From: Octopus bimaculoides
Taxonomy: Eukaryota
Direction of reading: 5' to 3'
NCBI RefSeq assembly: GCF_001194135.2
Contig: NC_068995.1
Location: 54,356,321-54,420,320, forward strand
DNA length: 64,000 nt
Positions 41,249-54,012 of this stretch are shown in pieces. Below the pieces are notes generated by a model. It had not been told where the DNA came from and ran no database searches. It saw only the letters and a list, made by a program, of their open reading frames with translations. The position numbers and the translations under genes are program-made. How positions within the stretch are numbered: the first letter of the stretch is position 1; every line of letters starts with the position of its first letter.

Positions 41249-42844
41249 TTTCATTATTTTTATACATTTGAGCCCTAAGGCTTATACCAAGCTGGGGCAT
41301 CAATCTATGCGTTTTCTGTGTGATCCCGCATGTGTAACATTTTATTATTCCATGTTTCATACAAAAAAAATCTTTTCCCATATCAGAAAACATTTTCATT
41401 TGTAAAAAATCATTTCTACAAACATTGCGCATTTCTGAGTCTAAATTATTTTAACTCTTTAATACCATGTTATTGTTATTTGCGTTAACGTGGTATATAT
41501 TTTTACTGTCGGTTGTTAACAAGAGAGTGTTAATTTGCATATTGAGAAAGCAACAATTTCGGAATATCAGATAAATCTATATGCCTTGAATTGTTTCGTT
41601 TAATCTCTTAAAATTTTGAATTCCTACGTTTGAAGATGATTATTATGTCGTATTCTTTCGATTTTGGTATATCGATGTATGTAACATATTACACTCATCT
41701 CTCACCAGTGTGGCAGTTTTAGGACAAGGAAGAAAAAGAAGCAAAATAATTTGTATTTGCTTCATTCTTTATTTAAATTCTAGGCGTTATGTTTGCACTC
41801 AATAAAAATCTATTTCGAATTTTCAAATTAATTCGCTTAAAAATTTTCCAAATATTAATATCATGAAAATAGCTGTTAAGCCTCTGGCTACAGTGTCTTT
41901 AATTAATTGTTCGCCGAATATATAATGCTAAAAATCAATTGCCAATAATAAGTAGTAATGCTATGTATTTATTGGCGACTGTTGGTGTGGACAGTCTGTG
42001 TTATATCGCCAGAGAACAGAATTTATCTCTTTGATTGATCACCATTATGTGTCACAAGTTGACCTGGCTGTAAACTGAAAGTCAAACAGCCTTAGGTTAC
42101 TGGATATACCCATTTTCTTTTCGTCGTATATTTTGTGAATTGATCTGTGTTGAGAGATAATGTAGCGACACAGCGGCAGTAAATGATTTCGAGGTCGAAT
42201 TTGCACAGAACACTTTTCTATTGTGAGCTGGAATACCCGATATCATTAGTTAAAGCCATTAATCAGCTGTCAACATCAAATACACGAAGTATATTTAATA
42301 GATTATGCTGTCTTCAATAGCTATTTATTTCTTATCTTTTTCTAACATTCAAGCAGGATGACAAGTGTTTCACAAGTGTGTGAAGTCGTGCGATCAAAAG
42401 AAACTACTGTTTCTTTGGAAACGCAACGTAAATTATATATTATGCATCTTATAATATAATCTCTTAGAGGAATACTACCGTAATTAGCAGCTCAGCATAG
42501 AACCGGGGCTTCGATGTCTAGTATAGAAATGAAATATTTTAACATCGTGTTGTGTGTTCAGTTATAAAATAAAAGGAATTATACTTATTGGTAATATGGC
42601 AACAATTTCTTGCATGTCGTACCTTACCAGAAAGGTACGATTACCTTAACCCCAAATATTTTCTGACTAACAATGCATCAACCATAAGGATTTAACAAAA
42701 TTCCATTTTGAGTTAAAAAAAAAAATGAGAAACACTCAGTAACATTAATTATTAATGAATATCGCAGATTATAGGTTGAACTTTAGTAATACATTCGTAA
42801 CAGATTGAAAAAACATCGTCACTAGAAACAACATTATTTAAGCC

Positions 42845-43140
42845 ACTCTTTGACACCTTGCGCATATGGTTTATACTATAGCCTCGGGCCGACCACGATC
42901 TTCTGAGTAGATTTCCAAGACGGAAACTGAAAGAACCATTCACATATATATTTGCGCGCGCGCGTTTGTTCTCCCATGCTTGACAACTAGTGTTGATGTG
43001 TTTATGGTCCCCTTAAGACCGTAAGCTAACCGCTCTGTACAAGAGACCGTTAGAATAGGTACCAGGCTTTAAAAATAACTCCTTAAAGGTGGTGCCCAAG
43101 CATGGCTGCAGTCAAATGGCAGCGACAAATTAAAGTTAAA
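42845..43140 (+). mobile_element. SINE family A, body plus 3' half, with a very short internal microsatellite
   Basis: TACTATAGCCTCGGGCCGACC...AGACGGAAACTGAAAGAA, internal CACATATATATTTGCGCGCGCGCG, then GCTTGACAAC...AGAGACCGTTAGAATAGGTACCAGGC...AGCATGGCTGCAGTCAAATG. Confidence 0.8.
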
Positions 43141-44759
43141 GGATATAATATATAGCATGCTAGAAAATTTATAAGAATACAAACGTAGTGTGATAATGGA
43201 ATGCTTGAGAAATGTATACGTTATACAAATATGAATTGGAATGTTTCAAAGCAGACAGAGTAGGAAGAAATCCGTTGGTTTCAATCCCGATATATAGTAG
43301 CATATATACGTCTTAAATCACTGCACCCTCCGTTAAATAAAGAGAATAATTTGAAGGTTTAAAAGTAGCAAACATCGGTCAAATAGATTCAGGTTTATTA
43401 CATTTCTTAAGATTGTGAAGAAATGGGAAGGAATCATACTGTATTTCTATTTTCATTGCTTTGATGTATGTAAGCGATGTTATATATACAGTTTGGGAAA
43501 GTAGATTTATATGTACTGCGCTATTTCCTCCTTAACATCGGAAATGTTTTAGTGTGAGAATCTACTTGTCAAAATCTTTAGAGAAAATATTCATATATAT
43601 ATATATATATATATATANNNNNNNNNNNNNNNNNNNNNNNNNNNNNNNNNNNNNNNNNNNNNNNNNNNNNNNNNNNNNNNNNNNNNNNNNNNNNNNNNNN
43701 NNNNNNNNNNNNNNNNNNNNNNNNNNNNNNNNNNNNNNNNNNNNNNNNNNNNNNNNNNNNNNNNNNNNNNNNNNNNNNNNNNNNNNNNNNNNNNNNNNNN
43801 NNNNNNNNNNNNNNNNNNNNNNNNNNNNNNNNNNNNNNNNNNNNNNNNNNNNNNNNNNNNNNNNNNNNNNNNNNNNNNNNNNNNNNNNNNNNNNNNNNNN
43901 NNNNNNNNNNNNNNNNNNNNNNNNNNNNNNNNNNNNNNNNNNNNNNNNNNNNNNNNNNNNNNNNNNNNNNNNNNNNNNNNNNNNNNNNNNNNNNNNNNNN
44001 NNNNNNNNNNNNNNNNNNNNNNNNNNNNNNNNNNNNNNNNNNNNNNNNNNNNNNNNNNNNNNNNNNNNNNNNNNNNNNNNNNNNNNNNNNNNNNNNNNNN
44101 NNNNNNNNNNNNNNNNNNNNNNNNNNNNNNNNNNNNNNNNNNNNNNNNNNNNNNNNNNNNNNNNNNNNNNNNNNNNNNNNNNNNNNNNNNNNNNNNNNNN
44201 NNNNNNNNNNNNNNNNNNNNNNNNNNNNNNNNNNNNNNNNNNNNNNNNNNNNNNNNNNNNNNNNNNNNNNNNNNNNNNNNNNTAATTAAAAGCATAATAT
44301 ATATAATATAATAAATAAATATAATTTATTATATTATATTTATCTTATGATATTTACTTTACTTTATATTATACTCATTTATTGTGCTTTTAATTATTAA
44401 TTTTTCTATATGTGATAGTGGATTTTCATCGATGAGTTCTTGAAAATTGGTTATTTTCCCTAAAACTATATATTTTATATATACTTTATCTATAAGGCTC
44501 AATTTAATTTTAATTTTTTATAAATTGATTTTAATTGAGTTTTTTACCTGTAATTTTGGATTTTGTCCCTAATATTATTATATATATATATATATATATG
44601 AAATATATATGAAATATATATGTCAACTAAATCCGGTGGTCCCATAGAAGACGATGCCACTGTTGCTTTTAGCCCTAGGCATCTCCATCTGGCTAGCGAT
44701 ACACTGTCTGTGTCCGATTAGTATCTGCGAGGGGAGATCACCGCTCCCAACTGTCTTTC

Positions 44760-44949
44760 TCCGGCGAAAAACAACAGCAACAGCATTTCGTCTGTCTGTA
44801 CATTCGAAGTTCAAATTCTGCCGAGATCTACTTTGCCGTTCGTGTATTCAGAGTGGATAAAATAAGTACCAGTTGAATACTGAGGATTAATTTAAACGAC
44901 TTACTCCCTCCCCCAAAATTGCAGGTCTCGTGCCGAAATTTGAATCCAA
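44760..44949 (+). mobile_element. SINE family B copy
   Basis: ATTTCGTCTGTCTGTACATTCGAAGTTCAAATTCTGCCGAGATCTACTTTGCC...GATAAAATAAGTACCAGTTG...CTCCCCCAAAATTGCAGGTCTCGTGCC is collinear with 10050-10215. Confidence 0.8.
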
Positions 44950-45674
44950 GACGCATGTATCGATATACGCAAATACTAGTAAATCTGTTTTGGTCAAATA
45001 AACTAGCAATTGATATTTTTATAAAATCACTCCTTGTGAGAAACTGGTGTGTGTATGCCAAACGGCGTGCCTTTTTTAGAATGGATGTGTATGAATATAC
45101 TTTTGATTACTTATCTGATGTGTATAGATGTGTATAGTGGTGTCGGGTTAATGGACTTGAAATAACGCTTCTAACTTCGAAATCAGCAGAGCGTGAAATT
45201 TCAGCAGCTCAAGCCCTCTTACTGGATTTATAAACCTTATATATTTGTTTGCTTTCCTCCCCAGTCATTTCATTCTACTTGTTTATTTAACTTCCTTATT
45301 TTGATTTTTTTTCTTTTTTTTTTGCCATGTTTTTATTCATTTAAAAATGTGTCGGGATTGTCAACCAAATTTCTTTAGAATGTAAATCTATTTTTAGAAA
45401 GGAACACATTTTTAGAAAGCAAACCTTACGACAAATCTATTTGTTTATTTCATTATATTTAACTACTTCCCGTTTCTTATCTCTGTTTCTATTCATCTAC
45501 CACAGTTGCTTCCTTAAAGCAATCCGTAAATGGTAACCTGCCGAATAAAATTATTGTATGTCGTATACAAAGAGACAGATGAAGCATTCTGGAGAATTGT
45601 GAAAACACAGCTTTAACGCGGACACACACACATATAACATATAACACATTATGCATATATTTATATGTACATAC

Positions 45675-45717
<43 letters not shown>

Positions 45718-46470
45718 GACACGCATATGCTATTTTTATATCTCTATCATATAACATTTCATTTATAATAGAGAATGAAGACCATGTAAACTGATTTCAT
45801 TTCCATCTTCATTATCGTGATTAGGTTGGCATTTATAACATTTATGCAAATTTTTCAATACGGAAAATGACAAAAAAAAAAAAAAAGAAGATTGAAGAAA
45901 GTACGGTCCATGGTTTTCTGCTTCAGGGTTCAGGAATTGAATAGACTTAATAATACTCAACCTGGCGACATTTACTAACACTTGAAAAACAATGGAATTG
46001 TATATGCACAATATAATGTCGATGACTGGATGTTAAACATCAAAACTAATCTCACAAAAGATGCTAAATCACATTGCACAGTATGTTTTGTTTGTTTACT
46101 TTTTGTCTTCAACATCTGAACCTATAGAGAAATTATTCTACATGCATAAATCCTTTATGAATGACAGGGGAAAAAAAACCACTTGGGTTCTTGGAATACA
46201 TTATAGGAAATAACTTTCAGTGCAATGATAGACGAACATTTTATAGCTGAATATATCTATAGTTTGCTTCCATTTGCAAGCACGACGAAATATATATGTA
46301 CTTGATCCTTAATATGCGCACAGAAGGAGCCGCCTCTCTTCTGGATGAGGGTGTATAAGGCGAGATTATTCTTCTGCAAAAATCGGCTATATTACACCCA
46401 CATACGAATGTATACATAAATACATACATAGAAACATAAATGTAGGCACATATAAACACATAGATATATA

Positions 46471-46651
46471 TACGAGGGGGGGGGGCTGCAAATACAGGAT
46501 GATCAGTTAATAATGAGTTTATTCAACATATTCCCCTCTCAGATTCTTATATTTATTGCAGCGTTCCTTCAAGTTTTATAAGCCCTGTAAGTGAACTCGA
46601 ATTCTTGGGCTCCCATCCAGGCCTTTCGCGTTAATCCTTAAAGCGAGAAAC
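46471..46651 (-). mobile_element. Non-autonomous mariner derivative (MITE-like) retaining the transposase C-terminus
   Basis: Starts TA-CGAGGGGG in a TA run. Minus strand 46572-46519 reads LKERCNKYKNLRGEYVE*, preceded by GLIK after a frameshift, matching the mariner transposase C-terminal motif G...L..RW.KC....G.Y.E*. Both TIRs are partly deleted. Confidence 0.75.
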
Positions 46652-46653
46652 AT

Positions 46654-46717
<64 letters not shown>

Positions 46718-49332
46718 NNNNNNNNNNNNNNNNNNNNNNNNNNNNNNNNNNNNNNNNNNNNNNNNNNNNNNNNNNNNNNNNNNNNNNNNNNNNNNNNNNN
46801 NNNNNNNNNNNNNNNNNNNNNNNNNNNNNNNNNNNNNNNNNNNNNNNNNNNNNNNNNNNNNNNNNNNNNNNNNNNNNNNNNNNNNNNNNNNTATATATAT
46901 ATATATTTGCGCGTGCGTATGTGCCTACGTTCCTGTGTGCGTACGTGCATGTGAATTTATTTAAAAGTGTGTTCGTTGTGTATGTATGTATTTATCGGAG
47001 GGAGTTTCATGCATAATCTTTGTCTTCAACTTGATAATAATAACATGGCGTCAAAAGATAAGACATGACAAATCACTCGAATACATTGAATTGATGAAAA
47101 TACCCTATGGCATCAACAGGGATTTCTATATAAAATACTGCTGTATGAGTGATAGGCATTCGAAATATGAATACAGGTTTAATGGCACAACAAAAGTAAA
47201 CAATATTTACTTGAATAAATGTTAATAGCAAATGTAAAATCGACGTTATAGACATGTTTATAGCTGAGCTTATCTTAACGGTGTTCTTTGTAGCCTTGCT
47301 TACATGCATATGCATCCACACATAATCATAATTACACATTAGCAAACAAACAGACTCTCATATACCATCATCTGCACACACACATACACAAACACACAAA
47401 CACATTGTTACTAATGTAATGACCAATTTCAAATTATTCCATCTTAAATTTCTTCCTTACCCAATGTATTTAACATTTTCAAAACACACATGTCACGTAT
47501 TCTTCAGAATAATTTTGACATACGCTCTATAGAATAAATGATATTTTTACGTGTATTTAGAGATTTAATTCAAAGTAAACTCACATATCCTTCAGGTATA
47601 TATTTAATCTATGCATTCCGTTAACATATATCTATTCAATTAGGTTTGTTGAATTTATTCAAATATTTGTATCCGCTTCTGTCGTTATCACCTAAGAGTT
47701 TTCACTAAGCCTCAACGTTAAAGAAATATTGCAAAGAAATAAATACAAAATCGGTGAAAAAATTTGAGGAATCGGGCTGATATATCTGTGAGGATACTAC
47801 GATGCATTTCAGTCTCAAAAGCGTAACAGTGTAACAGTCATCAATGGTACTGCCATACTTAAAAACGTTTGTATCAATCGACCCTTTCAATCATCTACGC
47901 TCTTTTTCCCAATCCCGCGTTGGTCAATGTTCTTCATTTATTTCAGGTTTTTATAAAATATACTGCATCATTATTGTACTAGTTTGACTAAAGCCTTAAA
48001 AGATCAGGCAATATGTCTTGTCTTTTTAAAAATTTGTTTCCAGCATTTCTATGTTTCAAATTATAATCTTGCCGGTGATTAAATGTATTTTCTTGAGTAA
48101 ATTCTGCTCCAAGCAAACGTCTTCGAATTAATTGTGATATAGATTCACCTAGCAATCTCCAAGTTCATGAACATTAAACAATCATAAAAAAAGGCTTCTC
48201 TTTCGCTCTTGACATATTGGTAAATTAAAGAAACAAATTAGAACTAATATTATATATTTAAAAAAATACAACACTGCAAACAATGCATTGTTAGGACACC
48301 GTGCTTTGTGTTATGTGTGAAAATGTCAATCGCTCAGTAACAGTTTGTCAACTCTACTTGAACTAATACGTAATCCAATGCCTTCTATTTTCCACATTAT
48401 TATAAACAGGCTGAATACGGACATCATGATTAGTTGTGTTATTCTTTTCGTGAAAGACAAAGGCATATTTTGAAAAAAGGAAATTATTTACTGTGTTTAG
48501 TAAATCGTTGTCATATAACGACACAGTTTTGGTGTTTCAACTCCGATGATGTTAATTTAATATTTCACATCAGATTATCAAAATGTATCAGGCATTTGAT
48601 CAGAATTAGGATGTGTGCCGCTAAATAACGCATTTTTATTTCAAGGTAGTTTGCGTCAAGATCGATACTGCCCAACTTGAACGTACCCCTCTCCGTTAAG
48701 CATATAAGAATGGATGTTACTTTTAGCTCGATCACGTAGTGGCTCCTCATTCACTCAACATTAAGAATAGGCCTGTCCTTTCAGGCCAGACTAAAGACCC
48801 CAAGAGAAATATATGATCTGGTCTATGTACTATTTATTTCTTTATTCAATTAGAAAGAAACTTTGTTCAAAGTGACAAAATAGGTGTAAAATAGTAATAA
48901 CGCTTAAATTAATGGGAACTGAATACTTCAGGAGAGAAAAGATGCCATTTTATTGAAGAGATAATTAATAATGGGAAGTAGGCGACACTGTATATATACA
49001 TATTTGATGAATATATCGTATTCTTTTCTTAATAGTTGTCGGTAAACTATTAAAACACACGGATATCATATTTCCAATATCACAGTAGAAAGCAAGTCGT
49101 AAAAACATTGCAAATAATTAGTGTCATAATTGGTAGGAAAAAATAACGTGTTGTTTTTGGATAAAAGACAATTTTTGAAAGAAAACAAAAAATTCGTGTT
49201 GTTTATGAATAAGAAACTACAACAAAACGAAAGAAATATTATTGAACTAATATTTACCGAGATGTTTATTTCCTTCTTTTGATAGATCCTTCACAATTAT
49301 CGTCACTTTGTTTGGCGTAATGCCGATATATG

Positions 49333-49382
<50 letters not shown>

Positions 49383-49750
49383 TAGAGATACATACACACA
49401 CCTGTTCATACCCACACAGAAGCATACACACACACACGCATACACATATCTTACAAATACACACACAGAAACTCACACGCACACTCATACAACACACACT
49501 CATACAACACACACAAACACACACACACACCCACACACACACACATACACACACGCACACAAATATTACACAGACATATTGTGTAATGAAAGTCGATAAA
49601 ATATCGCAGATACATATGCAGAATAAAAAAGTGTTTAGTAATTGTACTTGAAAACAATCCACCAAATTTAAACCGTCTTATGATTTAGCCACTTCTGTTA
49701 TCTGGCTCTGTATTTACATATATATATATATATATATATATTTAATTACT

Positions 49751-49945
49751 TCTGAGTTTGTCCCTCGACCATCACTTGACAACCGATGTTGGTGTGTTTA
49801 CGTATCCTTAGCAGAAGAGACCGATAGAATAAGCACCAGACTTACAAAGAATAAGTCTAGGGGTCGATTATTTCGACTAAAAGGCGGAGATCCAGTATGG
49901 CCACAGTGAGTAGACTGAAACAAATGAAAGAATAAAAGAAAAGAA

Positions 49946-49946
<1 letters not shown>
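49751..49946 (+). mobile_element. SINE family A, 3' half
   Basis: TTTGTCCCTCGACCATCACTTGACAACCGATGTTGGTGTGTTTACG...AGAGACCGATAGAATAAGCACCAGACTTACAAAGAATAAGTCTAGGGGTCGATT...GACTGAAACAAATGAAAGAATAAAAG, flanked by (TA)n. Confidence 0.85.
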
Positions 49947-49985
<39 letters not shown>

Positions 49986-50554
49986 TTAAATTTGTTTCTA
50001 GGAATGTATATGTATGCATGTATGTATGACTGTATGTATGAACATACATACATACANNNNNNNNNNNNNNNNNNNNNNNNNNNNNNNNNNNNNNNNNNNN
50101 NNNNNNNNNNNNNNNNNNNNNNNNNNNNNNNNNNNNNNNNNNNNNNNNNNNNNATATATATACATCTAACAAGCTATATTACAATCCCAGGAAAGATAAT
50201 AACTGAATATGGCAAATTCAACAGTAACGCCCACAACAGACGCGCATGTGCTACTGGCGTTTTTAACAAGTTCTCTGCAGGAAATGCATCTATCTGCGGA
50301 AATGAATCCGAAAATTTACAACATTTAATGACCTATATTGCTTCTGTGGCTTTGGTTGTTTCAGTGAGAGATCGTGAGAAATTGTAATGGAATATCATAC
50401 CATTTAGAAAGTCTTTAAGAATTGAAGCAAAATATATTCAATATAAGATATGAGAATAACAAAAAAAAAACATGAAAGAAAACGGAAATATAACTTTTAG
50501 TAACGCATTTGAAAACGGGTAGTGTAAGGTGATCTTTCTATCAGAATTAATCTT

Positions 50555-50880
50555 ATATGTGTGTGTGTGTGTGTGCGTGTGTATGTGTGTGTGAGTGTGT
50601 GCGTTTGATATATACATATGGATGTATATATATGGATGTATATGTTTATATATACGTATACATATATTTATATGTATGTATATGTTTATATATACATATA
50701 AATATGTATGTATATGTTTACATATACACATATATATGTATGTATATGTTTGTGTATACACATATATGTATTTATATGCTTATATATATACATATACATA
50801 TATTTATGTATATGTTTATGTATACATATATAAATTATTTGTTTATATATACATATAAATGTGTGTGTGTGTATGTTTAT

Positions 50881-50925
<45 letters not shown>
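50555..50925. repeat. Long degenerate TA/TG low-complexity tract
   Basis: Directly visible. Confidence 0.9.
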
Positions 50926-50926
<1 letters not shown>

Positions 50927-51439
50927 CTACGATACAAACATACATACATATATCTACACATATAATAGGAGATATAGGAGAAAAAGAGAAATTAAGAACT
51001 TAGTATACGTTAAGTCTTTCCATATGTATATTATTCTTCTGAAAATGTTAGCACTTCCTCCAAGAGAAATAGTCCATTTAGATCAAAGCCATAATATATA
51101 TACAGAGATATCGGAACATATTACCCTGGATAACACTTATGTAATAATAGATATTCAAGTCTATTCCAAAAAATGTATCAGAAAATCTCAGCACCAGCAA
51201 AAAGTAAATTGGATTACGTTAGATCGAAGAAATATATAATGCCTATGCCAACATGGCCTTATGCTACGAAGGTGAATTCAATTCAGTGTAAGTGATCTAT
51301 GCGTTCAGAATTGGAAATTATTGAAGAGTGAATTCTGCGGCTGTTCTTTATAAAAGTAAGAATCTGGAAATGCACGCCATCTTGTTCCCATTCTGAGTAA
51401 CCATGAATGAGGCACTCCGTTCATCGCCTACAATGAGCA

Positions 51440-51560
51440 GAAATTTCCCTGTTGCCACGGAACAATAAGGAAGAGATGAAGAATGGTCAGGTGAAAAACA
51501 ATGTCGAGGGCAGGAAGATGATTAGAAAAATGGAATAACACCAACAACAGAAATAGGGAT
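51440..51560 (+). mobile_element. Possible very old RTE-type LINE 3' end
   Basis: Purine-rich segment (TTGCCACGGAACAATAAGGAAGAG...GAGGGCAGGAAGATGATTAGAAAAATGGAATAA) loosely resembling RTE C-termini (LQG...G.R..GR...W; A..R.KW). By-eye resemblance only. Confidence 0.2.
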
Positions 51561-53164
51561 ATCCTAAACTGGGAGGTGGATAGCCTTACACAGAGATGTG
51601 CTAGATTGCGTTTGAATTTTGTCATGTCACTACAATATAGAATTCATTGCGCACTAGAGATTCTAAAACTAAATTCTTCAAAGAAAACCATTATTCACTC
51701 AATCGTATTCACACATACATAGATGCATACATACATGCATACATACGCACAGGCACATAATGACACACACACATACACACACACACACACACACTCACAC
51801 ACACACACACTCACACACACACACACACGTACGCAGGTATATGTATACATAGAGAAACATGCAAGACCATAATTGTCTAATGATCAATTTTGTAAGGTAC
51901 ATTACTAGATAGATTCTACGCTGCAGCACCAAATTCATGTAACACTCCGATATTTTAATATTTGAGTAATTTCAGAAGGAAGATATTTGAAACAATACAG
52001 TTATTTCGTATTGTCAATATAGTTTAGGTTACGCATATGCAACTCTCTTTAGCTACAATCCACTTTGAACATACTTCACTGCGCCGTGCAGGGAACTATA
52101 CAGCACAATTTCAAGATAGTATGTAATTTACTTTTAAAAATACTATACTAGTGATTATTACAGCTTAAACATATCATAATACACTGGTATTAAATAAACC
52201 ATTGAAACGCTGCATTTAATCACACTTGTCTGAAGATGACCATAATGTAACCGAAAAAGAAAATACCATATCTCTTAATAAGATTTCCTTCTCTGCCAAA
52301 GCCACAATAATATCCAGTGTCTTCAATATTGAATCAGTGAAATACATCGGCTTCAAGTTAAATTTGTTAGTTTCATGACAGGTCTTATTTCGTATTGTAT
52401 TTTCACCTATAGACAAAGCGTGCTTCTCATATAAGAAAATTGTTCTTATCAGTCGGAGTAATAGCTTTTACGATAGCCTTTTACGATATGCAATTCTCAC
52501 TTTAGATTTTAGTACTTACCAAACAAATCAACTTATTTTAATATACGCTTTTAACGCCATCAAACTTTTCTATAATGGACATACGACAGGACACTCGAAG
52601 TTATTTATTTTTATACACCCAAATATGTTCCTTATGAGCAACGTAATACTGCTTTGAATGAAGGACAAAATAAATTTACGAAGGAAAGACATTTATTTTA
52701 CAATTCTTGATGATGGTTTTAACTTTACATAGATGAATATTTGGAGTCAAATATCAATGATAACTATTATCTTCTCAGTTATTCACAAGGGCAAAAATAC
52801 TACAATAACCACTCCTGGGAGGGAGAATTTATTGCCTCCATAAGTATGAAATTGCGTTGAAGATTGTTACATTATCCTAAAATTATATGCAGTAACCATC
52901 GAATAATTACTACGATATAGAACTCTAAAAGGTATTGCTTTCGATGACAAAGAATTATATTTATACGTAATAATCAACAACAGTGCATCTGCAAAATTAC
53001 CCAATGTGCTCCAAATGGCAAGCAAATTCCCTCATCTGATGAGCTAGATTCCAGGCAACACAAATAGAATAAAACATTTTTAGTTGTAGAAAATTGCCAA
53101 ATAAGAATTGCTAGGTTCGCAGAAATCGCTGAAATTCGACCTTAAAATGTTGATATTCTTTTAG

Positions 53165-54012
53165 TATGTTGTCCTGCACTTATGTCCCGTGTGCTTAGGT
53201 ATTTTTAACTCGTTGATGCTGTCCTGTACTTAACGTATATTTTTTCATTTATACATAATAATAAGCCATGCAGCCTTGTGCACGGTAAGTTCTTACATTT
53301 ATATATAATTACTGCGACTCTTTCTCTCTGTCCGCGATTCTTTCTCTCTATCCCTCAAAATCCTTTATATTTTCGTTCCCCCCTGCTTTCTTGCTATCCC
53401 CTGTCTGTATTTCTTTCACTCCCTACTATATTTCGTTATTTCTCCCTTCTCATTACTCACTTTGTTTCTTTCCCTCATCCTTTATTTTGTCCCCTCTGCC
53501 TGTTGGTCACACATGACTACAAACCATTTCCCTCGACTCTGAATTTTCTAGAGGAAACGTCCATCTAGCCGGACGACATTTCTCTCGTGTCTCGACATTT
53601 CTTTCTCTTCTCTTTATTCTATATCTTTTTAAAAATTTCTCCCAGGCGTTACCCATTGCAATTCGTCTTGACCTAACGGCCCTTTATGTTTGTCTTCCTT
53701 GATCGTTTACTTTGTACATTCACTTTGTTGTTGTTGTTTGTTCGGTTGAAGTCCTAACTCTATATTTTCAAAACATATGGATGATGTTGTCTTATGAAGC
53801 TTTCCCATCTTATCTTTGAACGCACGAAATAGGGAGTAGTAAAACTGTCGATAACTGACAAGGGGTTATTTTCTTTTCATATGTTGTCCTGTACTTATCT
53901 CTCGTGTGTTTACGTATTTTTCACTCGTTGGTGTTGTCCTGTACTTAATGTGTATTTTTTAATATATCTATAATTGAACGCCACGCAGCGTTGTCCACAA
54001 TAGGTTCTTACA
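53165..54012 (+). repeat. Pair of diverged 133-bp direct repeats (53165-53297, 53880-54012) flanking a pyrimidine-rich core
   Basis: An ungapped manual alignment gives about 24 mismatches in 133 bp (about 82% identity), period 715 bp. Each copy contains TG(T/C)TGTCCTG(T/C)ACTTA twice, about 50 bp apart. Confidence 0.9.

Noticed and set aside
44654-44860. ORF with a signal-peptide-like start (MPLLLLALGISIWLAIHCLC...)
   Set aside because: Its second half runs into a SINE copy, so it is a chance frame.
52229-52260. CTGAAGATGACC...CCGAAA, resembling a Penelope-type minimal hammerhead
   Set aside because: Stem II cannot pair (GACC vs AACC) and there is no flanking helix; at best a dead relic.
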